A stretch of 64,000 nt of DNA from Selaginella moellendorffii. Taxonomy: Eukaryota; Plantae; Lycopodiophyta. Shown one piece after another: positions 46,321 to 59,955 of the stretch; position 1 is the first letter of the stretch; each line of letters starts with the position of its first letter. The notes under the pieces were generated by a model. It did no database searches, was not told where the DNA came from, and saw nothing but the letters and a program-made list of their open reading frames with translations. The stretch covers positions 75,135 through 139,134 of the forward strand of contig NW_003314389.1 of NCBI RefSeq assembly GCF_000143415.4, written 5' to 3'. Both the position numbers and the translations under genes were made by a program.

Positions 46321-48127
46321 AATAAAACAAAACGTGGTAGCAAGCTAGATAGATTTATTTATGTATGTTTTAAAATGTTAAACCAGACATATAATAGAAA
46401 TTCTATTTTTATTTAGTAAAGTGTGAATGTTAGAGGCATCATTATAGTTCACATAAAAGGAATTTAACTCAGTATGCAATTAAAATTATAATTTCTCTAA
46501 ACTAATCTATTATTTTTTGGTAGTCTATGATTCTTTGGTTTTGTGAAAATTTATTGCTTTTAAAGCATGACAGCAATCCTGTAGATGTATTTAGGGTTGT
46601 GCATTTTTAAATAAAGACAATAAAAACATCAAATTCAAATTTAATGACAATAAAAAATGATTTTACTTCCCCAACATGCATTATTATTTATTTACATTAT
46701 TGTACATTTCTTTGGAGATGAATACTAGGAAATTTTAGATAAATTTAACTTTATATATAATAAAATTTTCTAATATTGTAAAATTAGAAAAGAAGAATTA
46801 ATTATCTTGGGTATGTTATATCTCCTAGTGGAGCTGGGGTCTCTGCTAAGATTATGGATTCTGTTATAACTACTGAACTCTGTAATACACTATTATATGA
46901 TATTTACATAATGTAAGATGGATGTTGTAGAAAATGCTAATCTTGAAGACTGAAATACTTAGTCTGAGAGTTCTAAGACCACATATATAGATTAATATAT
47001 ATAATCTAGCAGTGATAATGTTATTATACTCTATTAATTATAGTACCATAAAAAAATATAACAATATTATTATTTAAGTGCTAGATCTATGTTTATAAAA
47101 TATATTAATATGTCTTATAATCTATGTTTGTTGATAATCATGTTCTCCTTTAGATAGTTGCTGTGTTTAATAATTTAATTTTAATTTTATGATTGAACTG
47201 AAATTTTCTAGATCTTAATAATCTTATAATTTTCTATAATATGTGGTCTGAGAGTTCTAAGCAATTTTCTGGCTCTTCCTCATTTTTTTTCTCTCTTTTG
47301 TGTTTGGTAGTATGCTCATCAAACGCATGTGTAGCACTGGTGCAACAAAAAAGAGGACACCATCTGCAAGATTTGTCAGCAGGTACATCATCTGTTGTCA
47401 TGTTTGCTGATTTGCTGATTAAGAATCTTTTCTTTACTTATTATATGTTATCTCTCAATTCCATTCTCACTTGGAGGACTTGGGCAGTTACTATTTGATC
47501 ACTTTCAAATGACTGCCTAGATTAAAACACATGGTAAAAGGGTTGAAATGCTTTTATTCATTTTTTGTGACGGTTTTGCCCCATAAAGAGGCACTTGTAC
47601 AGGAGGAGCTCATTGTTTGTGGATGCAAGGCCACCTGTGTCTTGCTGAATCCAGGAGCAAAGTTGACTGAAGAGCTCGAGTGATGTCTTCCTTCAAAGGC
47701 ATCCCAATGGTATGGAGTTGTATGGCATTGAGTCATGTAGAGCTGTGCATGGCCAGAATGCCAGTCTTTTGCATTTAAACAATTGATATCAAGAGAAAGA
47801 AATTATATCTTATAACAATTGATATAATATCATTTGAACTTGTATATAATCAAAATTTTTAACATTGTAAAATTAGAAAAGAAGATCTTGGGTATGCTAT
47901 ATCTCCCAGCGGAGCTGGGGTCTCTGCTAGTCATACTCATATATTTAAACGGAATAGCCGGTATAATAATAGCATATGCTGGCGTCACTTATTCGGGTCA
48001 TATGCCAAAATCTAAGGCTTGAGATTAAACAATGGGGAGTCGTGACTTTTGGGATCATAAAAACTTTTAATTGTCTTTTAGGGCGCGTGAGCACGAGGAG
48101 AGAGCGTCGATCATCGCTTGTGGGAAG

Positions 48128-48130
<3 letters not shown>

Positions 48131-48164
<34 letters not shown>

Positions 48165-48180
48165 GTGTGTGTGTGTGTGT
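48131..48180. repeat. Compound (CT)n(GT)n microsatellite
   Basis: Directly visible. Confidence 0.95.
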
Positions 48181-48263
48181 TTGATGCGGTCTGCTTTGCA
48201 GATTGGATTACAAGGGGATTCACGTTGTCATCGGTTCTTCACTCTTCTGGTGGGATTGCGCAG

Positions 48264-48782
48264 GGACGTACACCTGGAGCAAGCCTGTGATGAAAGGAAC
48301 GCACCCTTCTCCTCGAGACAGCCACAGCTCAACGGCTGTCGGGTCTAAGCTCTATGTGTTTGGTGGTACCGATGGAACCAGCCCGCTCAACGATCTCTTT
48401 GTTTTGGATACTGGTAAGCTCTGAGTTCTATCGAATTTTTTTTCTTGTTCTTATCACCTGATGCAGCTACCAACACCTGGGGGAAACCTGACGTTTTTGG
48501 TGATGTTCCTGCTCCGAGAGAAGGACATAGCGCGTCTCTCATCGGTGACAACCTGTTTGTGTTTGGGGGATGTGGGAAATCCAGCGATCCCTCAGAGGAG
48601 TAGTACTACAATGACCTCCATGTTTTGAACACGAGTAATATCCTGTTATCTTTCCTTGTTTTCTTCTAAACTTTTTTTTTTCCTGTAGATACTTTTGTCT
48701 GGAAGAAGATTTCTACCACTGGAGTCTCGCCTATTCCTCAGGATAGCCATACCTGCTCTTTTTATAAGAACTGTTTCGTTGT
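48264..48782 (+). pseudogene. Kelch-repeat protein fragment (three exons, runs into an N gap)
   Basis: WSKP..GTHPSPRDSHSSTAVGSKLYVFGG and PAPREGHSASLIGDNLFVFGG..*YYNDL; premature TAG at 48601. Confidence 0.92.
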
Positions 48783-49252
48783 NNNNNNNNNNNNNNNNNN
48801 NNNNNNNNNNNNNNNNNNNNNNNNNNNNNNNNNNNNNNNNNNNNNNNNNNNNNNNNNNNNNNNNNNNNNNNNNNNNNNNNNNNNNNNNNNNNNNNNNNNN
48901 NNNNNNNNNNNNNNNNNNNNNNNNNNNNNNNNNNNNNNNNNNNNNNNNNNNNNNNNNNNNNNNNNNNNNNNNNNNNNNNNNNNNNNNNNNNNNNNNNNNN
49001 NNNNNNNNNNNNNNNNNNNNNNNNNNNNNNNNNNNNNNNNNNNNNNNNNNNNNNNNNNNNNNNNNNNNNNNNNNNNNNNNNNNNNNNNNNNNNNNNNNNN
49101 NNNNNNNNNNNNNNNNNNNNNNNNNNNNNNNNNNNNNNNNNNNNNNNNNNNNNNNNNNNNNNNNNNNNNNNNNNNNNNNNNNNNNNNNNNNNNNNNNNNN
49201 NNNNNNNNNNNNNNNNNNNNNNNNNNNNNNNNNNNNNNNNNNNNNNNNNNNN

Positions 49253-50765
49253 GCTTCATGAATTTACGGGACAGCAATGCTGCTTCTCGATCTTCCTCGC
49301 ATTCGTTATTATTCTTCCAGAACTTGGTAGCCACAATTTTTCACTAAATTCTAAAACAAGTACTGACTAAAGTCACACAGATACCCAAGTTCATTCAAAA
49401 ATCTGGACCGCATAAGGTGCTGGTATAGTAACATAAACAAAATCCTACGATGCTAATCAAAATCTCTCTCTTTTGCACTTCTTTTTAGGTGAAAGTTATT
49501 CTTTTTTCTGACACAGGAGAGCATGCACTTCCATTTGTAAGAGAAGCGGCCAAGAAGTACTCCGAGTTGACGTCTTTCGGATGTGTTTTGTGGAGGCAAG
49601 AGGGAGGCTCGATTTGGAAAAGCCGGTAGTTTTAGTGATAATCACGTGAATTGATTCATGCTTTTGCGTGTGAAGCAGGCTTGGATTAGAGTTGGCACCG
49701 GCAGTAGTTTTCATCAAAGACCCAGGTGTCCAGCCCATAATTGTTTATGGTAAGAATCTTCTTTTCGGCAGCTTTGAGATGATTTCTTTCCCTTTGCAGG
49801 TAAATTGACCCGTGACTCCTTCATGGAAACTGTGGAAGAATATATGGTAAGTACTACGTAGGCTCTTCCTCCTTTTGCTATCTTTTGAATTGCAATTTGA
49901 TGTGCCTGCTTTTATTTCTTCCTCAGCTGCAAAGCATCACGGTTCCAAACTTGGATGTGATCCCGCAGACTTCTCCGCAGCTGGAAAAGATGTAGAAACA
50001 TGGTACTGCAATGTGGTTGCTGGAAGGCCTGGTTTTCAGCTTGATCAACTCCGCAGTGTAAGATTTTTCTTTCCTATTGTTTCTAGCTGACGAGTTTCTC
50101 ATATTAGACGATGAGGATCGTGCAAGATGAGCTCGTAAGTGAAGACATTGATAGCCACAATTTTGCTGCTGCCACTGCATACAAAGACAAGCGTTTGAGC
50201 CTATCATGGCTTGACAACGAAATGCAAAAGGTGGATACTTATATAGCTCTCTGGTTAATTAATCCTCGTTTTTGTGCAGAAATTTTGCTATTACTGCCTC
50301 GGTTCTGAACCCGTCCATGAGACTTGTGGGTGGAGGCAGTACCAAGAGCAAGACGTGGCAAGGATTTTGATGATACATTTTAGAAGAGATCCAAACTGTC
50401 AAAAGCCGGTGGTGAAGAGAATCAATACCTGGTGGCATTTGGATGATGAGGAGCAAGATTTAGCCTTGATGCTTATTGCTCCATACAGTGGTGCAAATGA
50501 AATCTCGGAGGTTGGTTGGTTTCACTTAGACTTCTTTCTCTTTTCTTCTCTCTTTTTTGCTATAAGAAAGAGTATTTTTGCAGGTTTTATCGTGGATTTC
50601 TAATAGTGTTCACACAAATGAAATTCCATTCTTTGTAAGTGTTGTGGTGTTTCGAAAGTTTGGAGAACTCTTGACTGTGGGATTTTGTTAGAATACTAAG
50701 TCGGTGACTGCGTTAATACCCAATGAGCAAGAAGTCTCGATGCTCTCTTCAACACAGAATGCTGT
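49253..50765 (+). pseudogene. Internal exons of a DnaJ/thioredoxin-like protein (DNAJC16/At1g18700-like), copy A
   Basis: VKVILFSDTGE, APAVVFIKDPGVQP, PQLQSIT.SKLGCDP, TWYC..VAGR, KRLSLSWLD.EMQK, FCYYC..ETCG; the family assignment is from recall; no J-domain is visible. Confidence 0.75.
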
Positions 50766-51159
50766 GAGTGGAATGAGGAAATTTATAAATAAAAGTTTGT
50801 CTAGAAATCACAGATTGCATGTTATTAGCTTCTATGCACTGTTTAGCAGAACAAAAAGGTAACACTACATTTAATAAAGTATGCATGACTGTAATCTTGT
50901 AAGTTTGTTGATGTTTCTTGTAAGAAAATTATAAATTGAGCTAAAGGACAAAAGAAAATGTAATTCAAAATAAATATATTACATAAACAATAAAAAATAA
51001 AAAACATATATTCTAGAAGGAACTAAATTTTCTTTTCAAGATAAGAGCTTCAAGTAGACTTGTTACATAGTTAGAGAATTTTTTCTGAGAGTTCATATCA
51101 ACTTTCTTTCTAAGCATTATTGGTTGTACAAACTTTTGGTTCCATACTAGAGTGAATGG

Positions 51160-51510
51160 CTGGTTGGATACCTCATGGGTTGAGAGGGAACAAGGCCCCA
51201 TAGTAGCCATCCATTATGCTCGGGAGGTTGCAAGTGGACGACACTCCTGGAATCTAACAAAAAAGAACAAGACATTACTAGCAATCACAACTTGAACAGA
51301 TGTGTAGGAAGCTGGTATATCTGTCGCATGTAGCCATAAAGATTCGAAAACTCCAACAACTTTCACTTGGAGCACTTGAAAAGAATGTGGTAGACAGCAT
51401 CAAACCTGTACAATGTCATGAACAGCCAGATGTCTGCGAGAGTGAGCAAGTCGCCACACAAAGATCTTGAGCACTGAAGGTGTTTCTCAACAGTTTTGAG
51501 TTGTTCCCTG
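51160..51510 (-). pseudogene. Glutathionyl-hydroquinone reductase (GHR, omega-like GST) C-terminal fragment
   Basis: EKHLQCSRSLCGDLLTLADIWLFMTL, RFDAVYHILFKCSK*KLLEFSNLYGYMRQIYQ and IPGVSSTCNLPSIMDGYYGALFPLNP*GIQP. Confidence 0.88.
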
Positions 51511-52799
51511 TATTATAGAATTAAAAATGAACAATTTTAGAATGGATTAGCAATGGATTTAAAGAAGATAGCAGAAAAAGAGATGCTAAGAGATAGCAAG
51601 CTTGTGATAAAGAAGAGATTGAGCTTGCAATCTTGATAAGCAGGCTTGAACCACTTACACAGATATCCCAAGAAAACAAAAGTCGTGATGTAGCACACTA
51701 AAGACACAGCAAGGCATTATACCTGTGAAGTGTGCATCTTGTTCTATGTATAAAAGGTAAAGAAACGAAGAAGAACATTACCAGAACTGACTATCTTTGG
51801 CAATCCATGAAGCATTCCAGTTGTATGTCGAGAGTCTTCCTGCCAGAAGACGAAAGAAACTATGGTTATAAATCCAAGAGAAAAGCATTAGATTTACCAT
51901 CAGCATCCACAGTGTCATTGGGAAGAAGGATGAGGCAAAGCACAGTGAGACCAGACCAGACGATAAGAGCTTGATCATTCAGTTGCCATGATGCCAAGAG
52001 TCCTTGTGATTGCTTTGGTACTTCCCAAAGCTCATGCATAGAACAGCTTGTGTGCCAAAAAAAAAATCCTTGCCAGGTGAGAAGTGATTGATCCCCGCCA
52101 CAAGCGAAAAAAAGTAGGTGTTGTCGCAAATCACAAGAACNNNNNNNNNNNNNNNNNNNNNNNNNNNNNNNNNNNNNNNNNNNNNNNNNNNNNNNNNNNN
52201 NNNNNNNNNNNNNNNNNNNNNNNNNNNNNNNNNNNNNNNNNNNNNNNNNNNNNNNNNNNNNNNNNNNNNNNNNNNNNNNNNNNNNNNNNNNNNNNNNNNN
52301 NNNNNNNNNNNNNNNNNNNNNNNNNNNNNNNNNNNNNNNNNNNNNNNNNNNNNNNNNNNNNNNNNNNNNNNNNNNNNNNNNNNNNNNNNNNNNNNNNNNN
52401 NNNNNNNNNNNNNNNNNNNNNNNNNNNNNNNNNNNNNNNNNNNNNNNNNNNNNNNNNNNNNNNNNNNNNNNNNNNNNNNNNNNNNNNNNNNNNNNNNNNN
52501 NNNNNNNNNNNNNNNNNNNNNGCTGTTTTACAATTTTGGAGCCGATTGAAATATCCAGTGTTTGCTCGAAATTTCCCAGCAAAGAGCGCCCTGGCAATGC
52601 AGCAGCTTTGTGCACAAGTTATCATCACTGTAGCCACTAATATACGTGACCAGCCGCTCAATCGATCAGATGCCATAGCTGAGTGCCAATGCCATACCAT
52701 TTAGGGGTTCTTCCTCCTCCAAGTTGTCCAGATAGCCAGCTAAGTAAATCCCAGGCTGTTCACTGGGAATCCACAGCAGCGTGGCAGTCACTGCCTTGC

Positions 52800-53712
52800 T
52801 GACATTCTCGAGTTTTCTCAACAAGTGGTACCATGAGACGGTGCTCAAACCAGGACAGCCTCCACTTCTACTGGGATCTTTGGCAACGTGTCTGCTTTTC
52901 TCAGAGGCTTCAAGTCTGGAAAACCGACTACATTGCAAAGTTGAGTGATCTTGTACTTTCTTTCGCTTGTTTAGCTGTTGCTTTTTCTTGGTTTCAGGTA
53001 CAATCGAGTGGGTTTTACAAGGCGTTTCTGTTATGGCAGCATGCAAATTTGTAAAGACAGTTTTGAAACAGGATGGCCGGAGAGCACTGCTGTGAAAGAG
53101 CCACTTGAAGCTCCAAGCCTGCTGTGAACAATCCCAAAGCTCTCAAGCAGTATGTGCCCCTCATCGTCAACAACATAAAAGCGTGCCTTGCAAGGTGGTC
53201 TATGCAGGATAAGATCGTTCTTCTTACCGGTAAGCAATTGTCTTAGTTTTCTTGTTGACACTGGTTTTTTCTGGTATGACAGTTCACGTTTCTAACTGTC
53301 CTCTACATTTTATATGGGAAAGACTCCAGTCTCGACATGGAAGAGACTTTCTCCTTGTACTACATTGTCAACCAAGGCATTCAGGCTCTCCCCATCAACT
53401 TCCTCAGCATACAACAAAGCCATATGCGTTGTACATAGCTTTGTGACGTTTTCCCATTTTCAGGCCGAGGCAAAAGCTCATCAAGCTTATCCAGGACGTG
53501 ATCAACCAGCACTTCTGGAAAGCCACAGGAAACAAGCATTCTTTCGTTGCTCATGGATCAGCTGGATGACATAAAAAGAGGCACTGGAAGACGCTCATAT
53601 CATAGACATGCTCAACATGTACATGAACGCTGGTCACAATTCAGCGGCTCATGTCATCATGTGGCTGATGATTTCCTAAAGAAAAATCCATGATGTGCTT
53701 GAGAAAGTGAAG
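52800..53712 (+). pseudogene. Cytochrome P450 CYP88/KAO-like 5' fragment, copy A
   Basis: WYHETVL.PGQPPL, IFGNV..FLRGFKSG, GFYKAFL, FETGWPEST, ALKQYVPLIVNNI, NQGIQALP and IIDMLNMYMNAGHNS (I-helix); frameshifted; heme-binding region absent. Confidence 0.85.
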
Positions 53713-56700
53713 ATGAACATTTCCAATGTCATACAAACTCTCCTTCATACACTCTTTCTTCTTTAGGCCACATCCAGACTATTCTATAAGAGTTTCAAAA
53801 CTTCTGTAATTAAAAAGAAAAAAGTATTCTACTGAACTATACCTCATACAAGATGATACACTATGTATTCTCATCCCTCCACTATTCTAATTCATCCNNN
53901 NNNNNNNNNNNNNNNNNNNNNNNNNNNNNNNNNNNNNNNNNNNNNNNNNNNNNNNNNNNNNNNNNNNNNNNNNNNNNNNNNNNNNNNNNNNNNNNNNACT
54001 TCTGTATTTGGAAGGAAACACTACTTATGAAAACTCGGCATTTATGTTTACCCTTTTCTCCAATGGACCTAATGATGACATGTTCAAGACAGAGTCAAAC
54101 TGGCAGATATTCTTAAAGAACCATAGAACTGAACATCATCTCTTTAATGACAATTTATGAGGTGCTTGTGAGGCTCTGAAGTGTTAACCTCCTCTGGATA
54201 TCTTTCAATAGCAAGAAAAAAACCTTTAAAATATGAATGGTACTTTTTCGCTGCTTCTTTCATGTTTTATGGTAGTCAAGTTACAGCTTCTGGAATTCTA
54301 TAAGCAGTGTCTGAGGAATGTCTAGGGAATGAGAAACTGTAAGATGTAATATGATATTTTCTTGTTCTAATAAATAGTTAAATAGTAGTACATTGTACTG
54401 CCAGTTGTAGCATTTGTGGCTTTGCTTGACTACAAAACAATGCTTACAAGGTCGGAATGACACAAGCAGAGATTTCATAAAAAAAATGTCAGTCTCTTGC
54501 CACTTCACTCTCAAACAATGAAATGAATCAGATAAATGAATCACCCAAAACAAAATGTGGAAGAAGAATAGAATTGGATCATCATCTTTGCGAATACCCA
54601 GACAGACACATATCCTTGCAAGAGGAAGAGATCTAACATCAGTTGCATTTCCTGACACTAGATTCAGGAGCTTCCTTAGAATGGCTTGTGGTGGCAGGGA
54701 GCATAGAAACATGAGTTCGGGCCACAAAGGTCACCATTTCAATCTTACTATCAAATGGTCCTTAACAAATGTGTTACAATCCACTGCTGCACAAACTAAC
54801 ATTGTAAATTCAAATAATGGTATCCTATCTCCTATTTCAATAGTCCAAGCTAACACATTATAGTCCAAGCTAAGACCTTGTAGTAAGCCATTACAGAATA
54901 GTGAATTTTGAATATTGAAAAATAAGACGTTGAGAGTTGGCCTAAAGAAGGATTTTAGAGAAAAAAACATATAATGGATGTGGCATTTGAAGCAAGAAAG
55001 AATAAAGAATGTTGCTAATCTTATGAAAAATATATTAGTATTTATATTGATGTAATTTATTTTTTGCTATTTAGACAAATCTTTGGTGATGTATATATTC
55101 CAAACATGCAGTTCTAAAAAATATCATTATTTTTTTTAGAAAACACTACTCTTGAAGACTTAAGAAACTACAAGCAAAAGCTTTGTTAGCTTCTTCTTGG
55201 AGATGAAAGAAAAACTTGAGCTACCTCTGCAGTTCCATAAGCTAAGGAGTCCTTGCTGGTACATCCAAGCACATGAAGTTCCTTGAGTAAAACTTTGATA
55301 GCATAGATTGATTTGTTTTTGAGTTGTATTTGTTATTATCACAGATTCAACAGCTGAAAGGGTGTTAATTCTTATCAAGCAGTGGCTATTCAATGAGCAT
55401 GATATAATGTTGATATCAATAAGTCAATAATAAGAAATATTTTATAATACCATGATAATAGTAAAAAAGTGATATAATATTATCAACTTATTATTGATTT
55501 GTAATAATAAGGTTTTCTATATGCATTTCTAAGATGAAGAAATAAAGGAAAAAGAAATCATTTAAAATTAAAAGTAATTACATCTAATCAACATGAGTAT
55601 ACAATTGTGTATCAAAATAATTAGAAATTTCTTTATATTATTAAGTGTCACTAATGTATTAGTCAGATTCACTATCTAATTGTAATAACACTTCAAGAAT
55701 TAACAAACTCCAGCTTGAAAAACTTTTATGAGTAATTTTATGTTCTCCATAAAGGTATTTATAAGCATGAAAAGTTAGTGAATTTTACTTCACTTATCTG
55801 TATATTTAAATTAAATGAGAAAATTAAAGTATGATATATTGTACTCTTAGTGTAATGTGATGGTTAATACAACCATGAAGAATTCACAAATCCTAATTTT
55901 TTTTCATAAAAAACCTTAATCCAAACAAAGATTCATGGATTTGTATTGCAAATTTCTTTTCTTCTATGCGCATTCATTTAAAAATTAAAACAATATACCT
56001 TTTGTAATTACACTCTTGAAGAGTTATTTATAGTAATAAGGTTTTCTATAAAACTTTTGGCATTTCTTAGTGTACTTTAGCTTCACTACTTTTTTGTAAG
56101 TTACTGTTATAATTTTTGGACATTCATTTTTGATGGATTAGAAATGGGTTAAAATCTCTTATCCTAAATAAAATGCTGTGCTAACATGTTTAGATATTCT
56201 TATGAATATAATAATGTTATTTTCTATGTTTATTGCTAACATTTCTTACTGGATTGCTTTACTGGTAGTGTTGTGTAACTAATTGTAATCAACAGTGATA
56301 TTCTTTATTTAACAAGAATTCCATTCTAGAATAAATCAATTATGGCTTCTCTCCAAATCAGAATTAAACTAAGCCTACTATGAAGGAAATCCCTAAGAGT
56401 TTTTATCATGATTCTTTCTAAATTTAATTCCATAGTATTATAATCTAATTATGTATTTTAGTCTTATATTTTAAGTCAAAGTCTAGAAAATCAATTACAT
56501 GCTTTTGATATATATGCTAAGTCCACTTATAATATCAACATATTCCCACATTCAGAACTCCAATGGATGTAGATAGTGGCAATAGAATGAAAGTGTTATA
56601 GATTGGTTTTACAAGATGACAAATATATAAGAATTACTGATAGCAAATTTTAATATTATAAAAACAGTTAATATTTAGAGGATAGATTTTTTAGTTAAAA

Positions 56701-58369
56701 AACAAGATAGTGGAATATTTAATGCAAGAAATAAAAGAAAAGTGTGCTATTTTTTTGAAATATAAATGAGTTATTATATTTTAAACTATATTATTTTTGC
56801 TATTTAGAGAAATTATTGATCATATAAATATAAAAAACATGCACATACTTGAGAAAATTTAGAAAATGTTTTTATTTTTATTTATAAGTATATTTATATG
56901 TATAATTACTTTTCTACATCATATTTAGTCTTCAAGAGTAGAGTTTTCAACAACATTTATCTTAAAATTAATATAAATCATAGTGATAAGTATTATCTTT
57001 ATATATTTTTGAAAGCTTAGTATGTAATCAAAAATATAATTTCCCCAAACTAACCTATTTTTTTTGGCAGTATATAATCCTTTGGTTTTGTGAAAACTCA
57101 ATTGCTTTTAAAGCATGGCATCAATCTTGTAGGTGTGTTTAGCATTGTGTACCTTTTTATAAAGGCAATAAAAGAATTCAAATTCAAATTTAATGATGAT
57201 TAAAAAATGATTATACCTTCTCCAAAACTTGCATTATTATCTAATTGCATTATTTTGCATTTCTTTTAAGATGAATAGTAGCAAAATTAAGATAAATTGA
57301 ACCTTGTATACAATCAAAATTTCTAACATTGTAAAATTAGAAAGGAAGATGTATTTATCTTGGGTGTGCTATATCTCTCAGTGGAACAGATCTAACATAC
57401 TTTAAATTTACTACAGATGTAACATACTACTATAAAAATGAATAATTAAAATATCTTTTATACTTTATAATTAGAATCAACACTGTAAAATTAGAAAAGA
57501 AGATGTATTTATCTTGGGTATGCTATATCTCCCAGCGGAGCTGGGGTCCCTGCTAGTCAAACTCTTTATTTAAAGTTGCTATTTTGGCATCGGCGTCACA
57601 TATTCCATTTTTAGAATATCCATATGCTCTCAATTCAATGATCCAGATTTGTGACGCTCCAAAGCAATGGTGAGGATTGTTACATGGTGGCAAAGAGCTT
57701 GGTTTTAGGTTTAAGAAACGGTTAATATGGCTGTCCGTATCTGGAGCATATTGGATGCTAAAATTTTATTGTGGGAGAAGAAGCGCACCGGATGATAAGT
57801 AGAACTTTCCTGTCCAATATACTGTACATCCAAGACCTCAAGAAGAAGGTGACATCAGAGGTGATTTTTGTTTGCTCTCTATTCCTCATTACCGGAGCTC
57901 ACTGCCACAGATTCTGGAGAGTGCAAGAGACTGTTGGACTTCTAGGGAGTAGTTAGTGGAAAAGGTAGCTGACCTATTTCATCACTTTGTTTCATTTCTG
58001 TGTTGCTGCAGAGTGACAACTTGCACACCAAGATAGAGGAGGATGAGAAAGAGAAGCTGTAGAAAAAGTAAGCCCACATCCCATCTCTGTGGCCATGTGT
58101 CTGAATCCATCTGTGTTGCAGGGAAGAGGAACGTCAGCTCCAGAAGAAGAAAAAGAGATGAGCAAAATCCTTTCTTGAAGTTCTCGAAGGCCAAGTTAAT
58201 CTTTTGAGAGTCGAGCTAGGAGAAGTTCAACTCACAAAGCTCTTGGGAGGAAAGAGGTGGATCAGATGCCATGGTAAACACCTAAACCTCCTATTTTCTT
58301 TCATTTTTTTCTTCCGCAATTCCATCTCTTGTTGCGAAGCCACTGGGGTGTAGGGAATTAAAATGCCTG

Positions 58370-59955
58370 ATTCGGTAAATTCATGAAGCCTTGTTCCGCT
58401 TTTCCTGACGAACACTGTAGGTACTCCAAAGGCCTCAGCTACGATTCTATACTGGACTGGGACAGCAACGCTGCTTCTTGATCTTCCTTGCATTTGTTAT
58501 TATTCTTCTCAGAACTACGTAGCCACAATTTTCACTAAAATCTAAAACAAGCACTGACTAAAGTCACGCAGATACCCGAGTTCATTAAAAAATCTGGACC
58601 GCATAAGGTGCTGGTATAGTAGCATAAATTTTGTTTTATGATGCTAATCAAAATCTCTCTCTTTTGCACTTCTTTTTAGGTGAAAGTTATTCTTTTTTCT
58701 GACACAGAAGAGCGTGCATTTCCATTCAGAAGAGAAGCGGCCAAGAAGGACTCCGAGTTGATGTCTTTCAGATGTGTTTTGTGGAGGAAGCTTCGATTTT
58801 GAAAAGCCGTGCCAACTCTAATCCAAACCTGCTCCACACGCAAAAGCATGAATCAATTCACGTGATTATCACTAAAACTACCGTGGCAGTAGTTTTCATC
58901 AAAGATCCAGGTGTCCTGCCCATAACTGTTTATGGTAAAAATCTTCTTTTCGGCAGCTTTGAGATGATTTCTTTCACTTTGCGGGTAAATTGCAGATAAA
59001 TTGCGTGACTCCTTCATGGAAACTGTGGAAGAACATAAAGTTCATGGTAAGTACTATGTAGGCTCTTCCTCCTTTTTCTATCTTTTGAATTGCAATTTGA
59101 TGTGCGTCTTCCTCAGCTGCGAAGCATCACGGCTTCCAAACTTGGATGTGATCCCACGGACTTCTCTGCAGCTGGAAAAGATGTAGAAACATGGTACGGC
59201 GTTGTGGTTGCTGGAAGGCCTGGTTTTCAGCTTGATCAACTCTGCAGTGTAAGATTTTTCTTTCTTGTTGTTTCTAGCTGACGAGTTTCTCATATTAGAC
59301 GATGAGAATTGTGCAAGATGAGCTCGTAAGTGAGGACATTGATAGCCAAAATCTGCATATAAAGACAAGCATTTGAGCCTATCATGGCTTGACGGCGAAA
59401 TGCAAAAGGTGGATACTTATATAGTTCGCTGGTTAATTAATCCTCGTTTTTGTGCAAAATTTTTGCTATTACTGCCTCCCTTCTGAACCTGTCTATGAGA
59501 CTTGCAGGGCGAGGCAGTACCAAGTGCAAGACGTGGCAAGGATTTTGATGATAAGTTTTAGAAGAGATCCAAACCATCAAAAGCCAGTGGTGAAGAGAAT
59601 CAATACCTGCTGGTGTTTGAATGATGAGGAGCAAGATTTAGCATCGATGCTTATTGCTCCATACAGTGATGCAAATGAAATCTCGGAGGTTGGTTGGTTT
59701 CATTTAGACTTCTTTCTCTTTTCTTCTCTCTTTTCTTTGCTATACCAAAGAGTTTTTCTGCAGGTTTTATCGTGAATTTCTAATAGTGTTCATGATGGTG
59801 ACACAAATGAAATTCCATTCTTTGTAAGTGTTGTGGTGTTTTGAAAGTTTGGAGAACTCTTGACTGTGGGATTTTCTTAGAATACTAAGTCGATGGCTGC
59901 GTTAATACCCGAGGAGCAAGCAGTCTTGATGCTCTCTTCAACACGGAATGCTGTG
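58370..59955 (+). pseudogene. DnaJ/thioredoxin-like protein fragment, copy B (with a micro-inversion)
   Basis: Collinear with copy A; LPQLRSITASKLGCDP and ETWYGVVVAGRPG. Confidence 0.75.

Larger units (their letters stand above)
39118..47930 (+). mobile_element. Non-autonomous Helitron 1 with captured gene fragments
   Basis: 5' end a|TCATACTCCCTTATTTAAAC; 3' hairpin CCCAGC-gga-GCTGGG (47905-47919) followed by CTAG (47927-47930); AT-rich subterminal blocks shared with Helitron 2; no Rep/helicase recognised. Confidence 0.8.
47931..57556 (+). mobile_element. Non-autonomous Helitron 2
   Basis: Starts TCATACTCATATTTAAAC immediately after the CTAG of Helitron 1; ends with hairpin cccagcggagctggg (57531-57545) and CTAG (57553-57556). 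Confidence 0.82.

Noticed and set aside
55160-55400. Possible Helitron PIF1 helicase remnant
   Set aside because: No KSQG or HGQLYVALSR-type motif in the frames I read.
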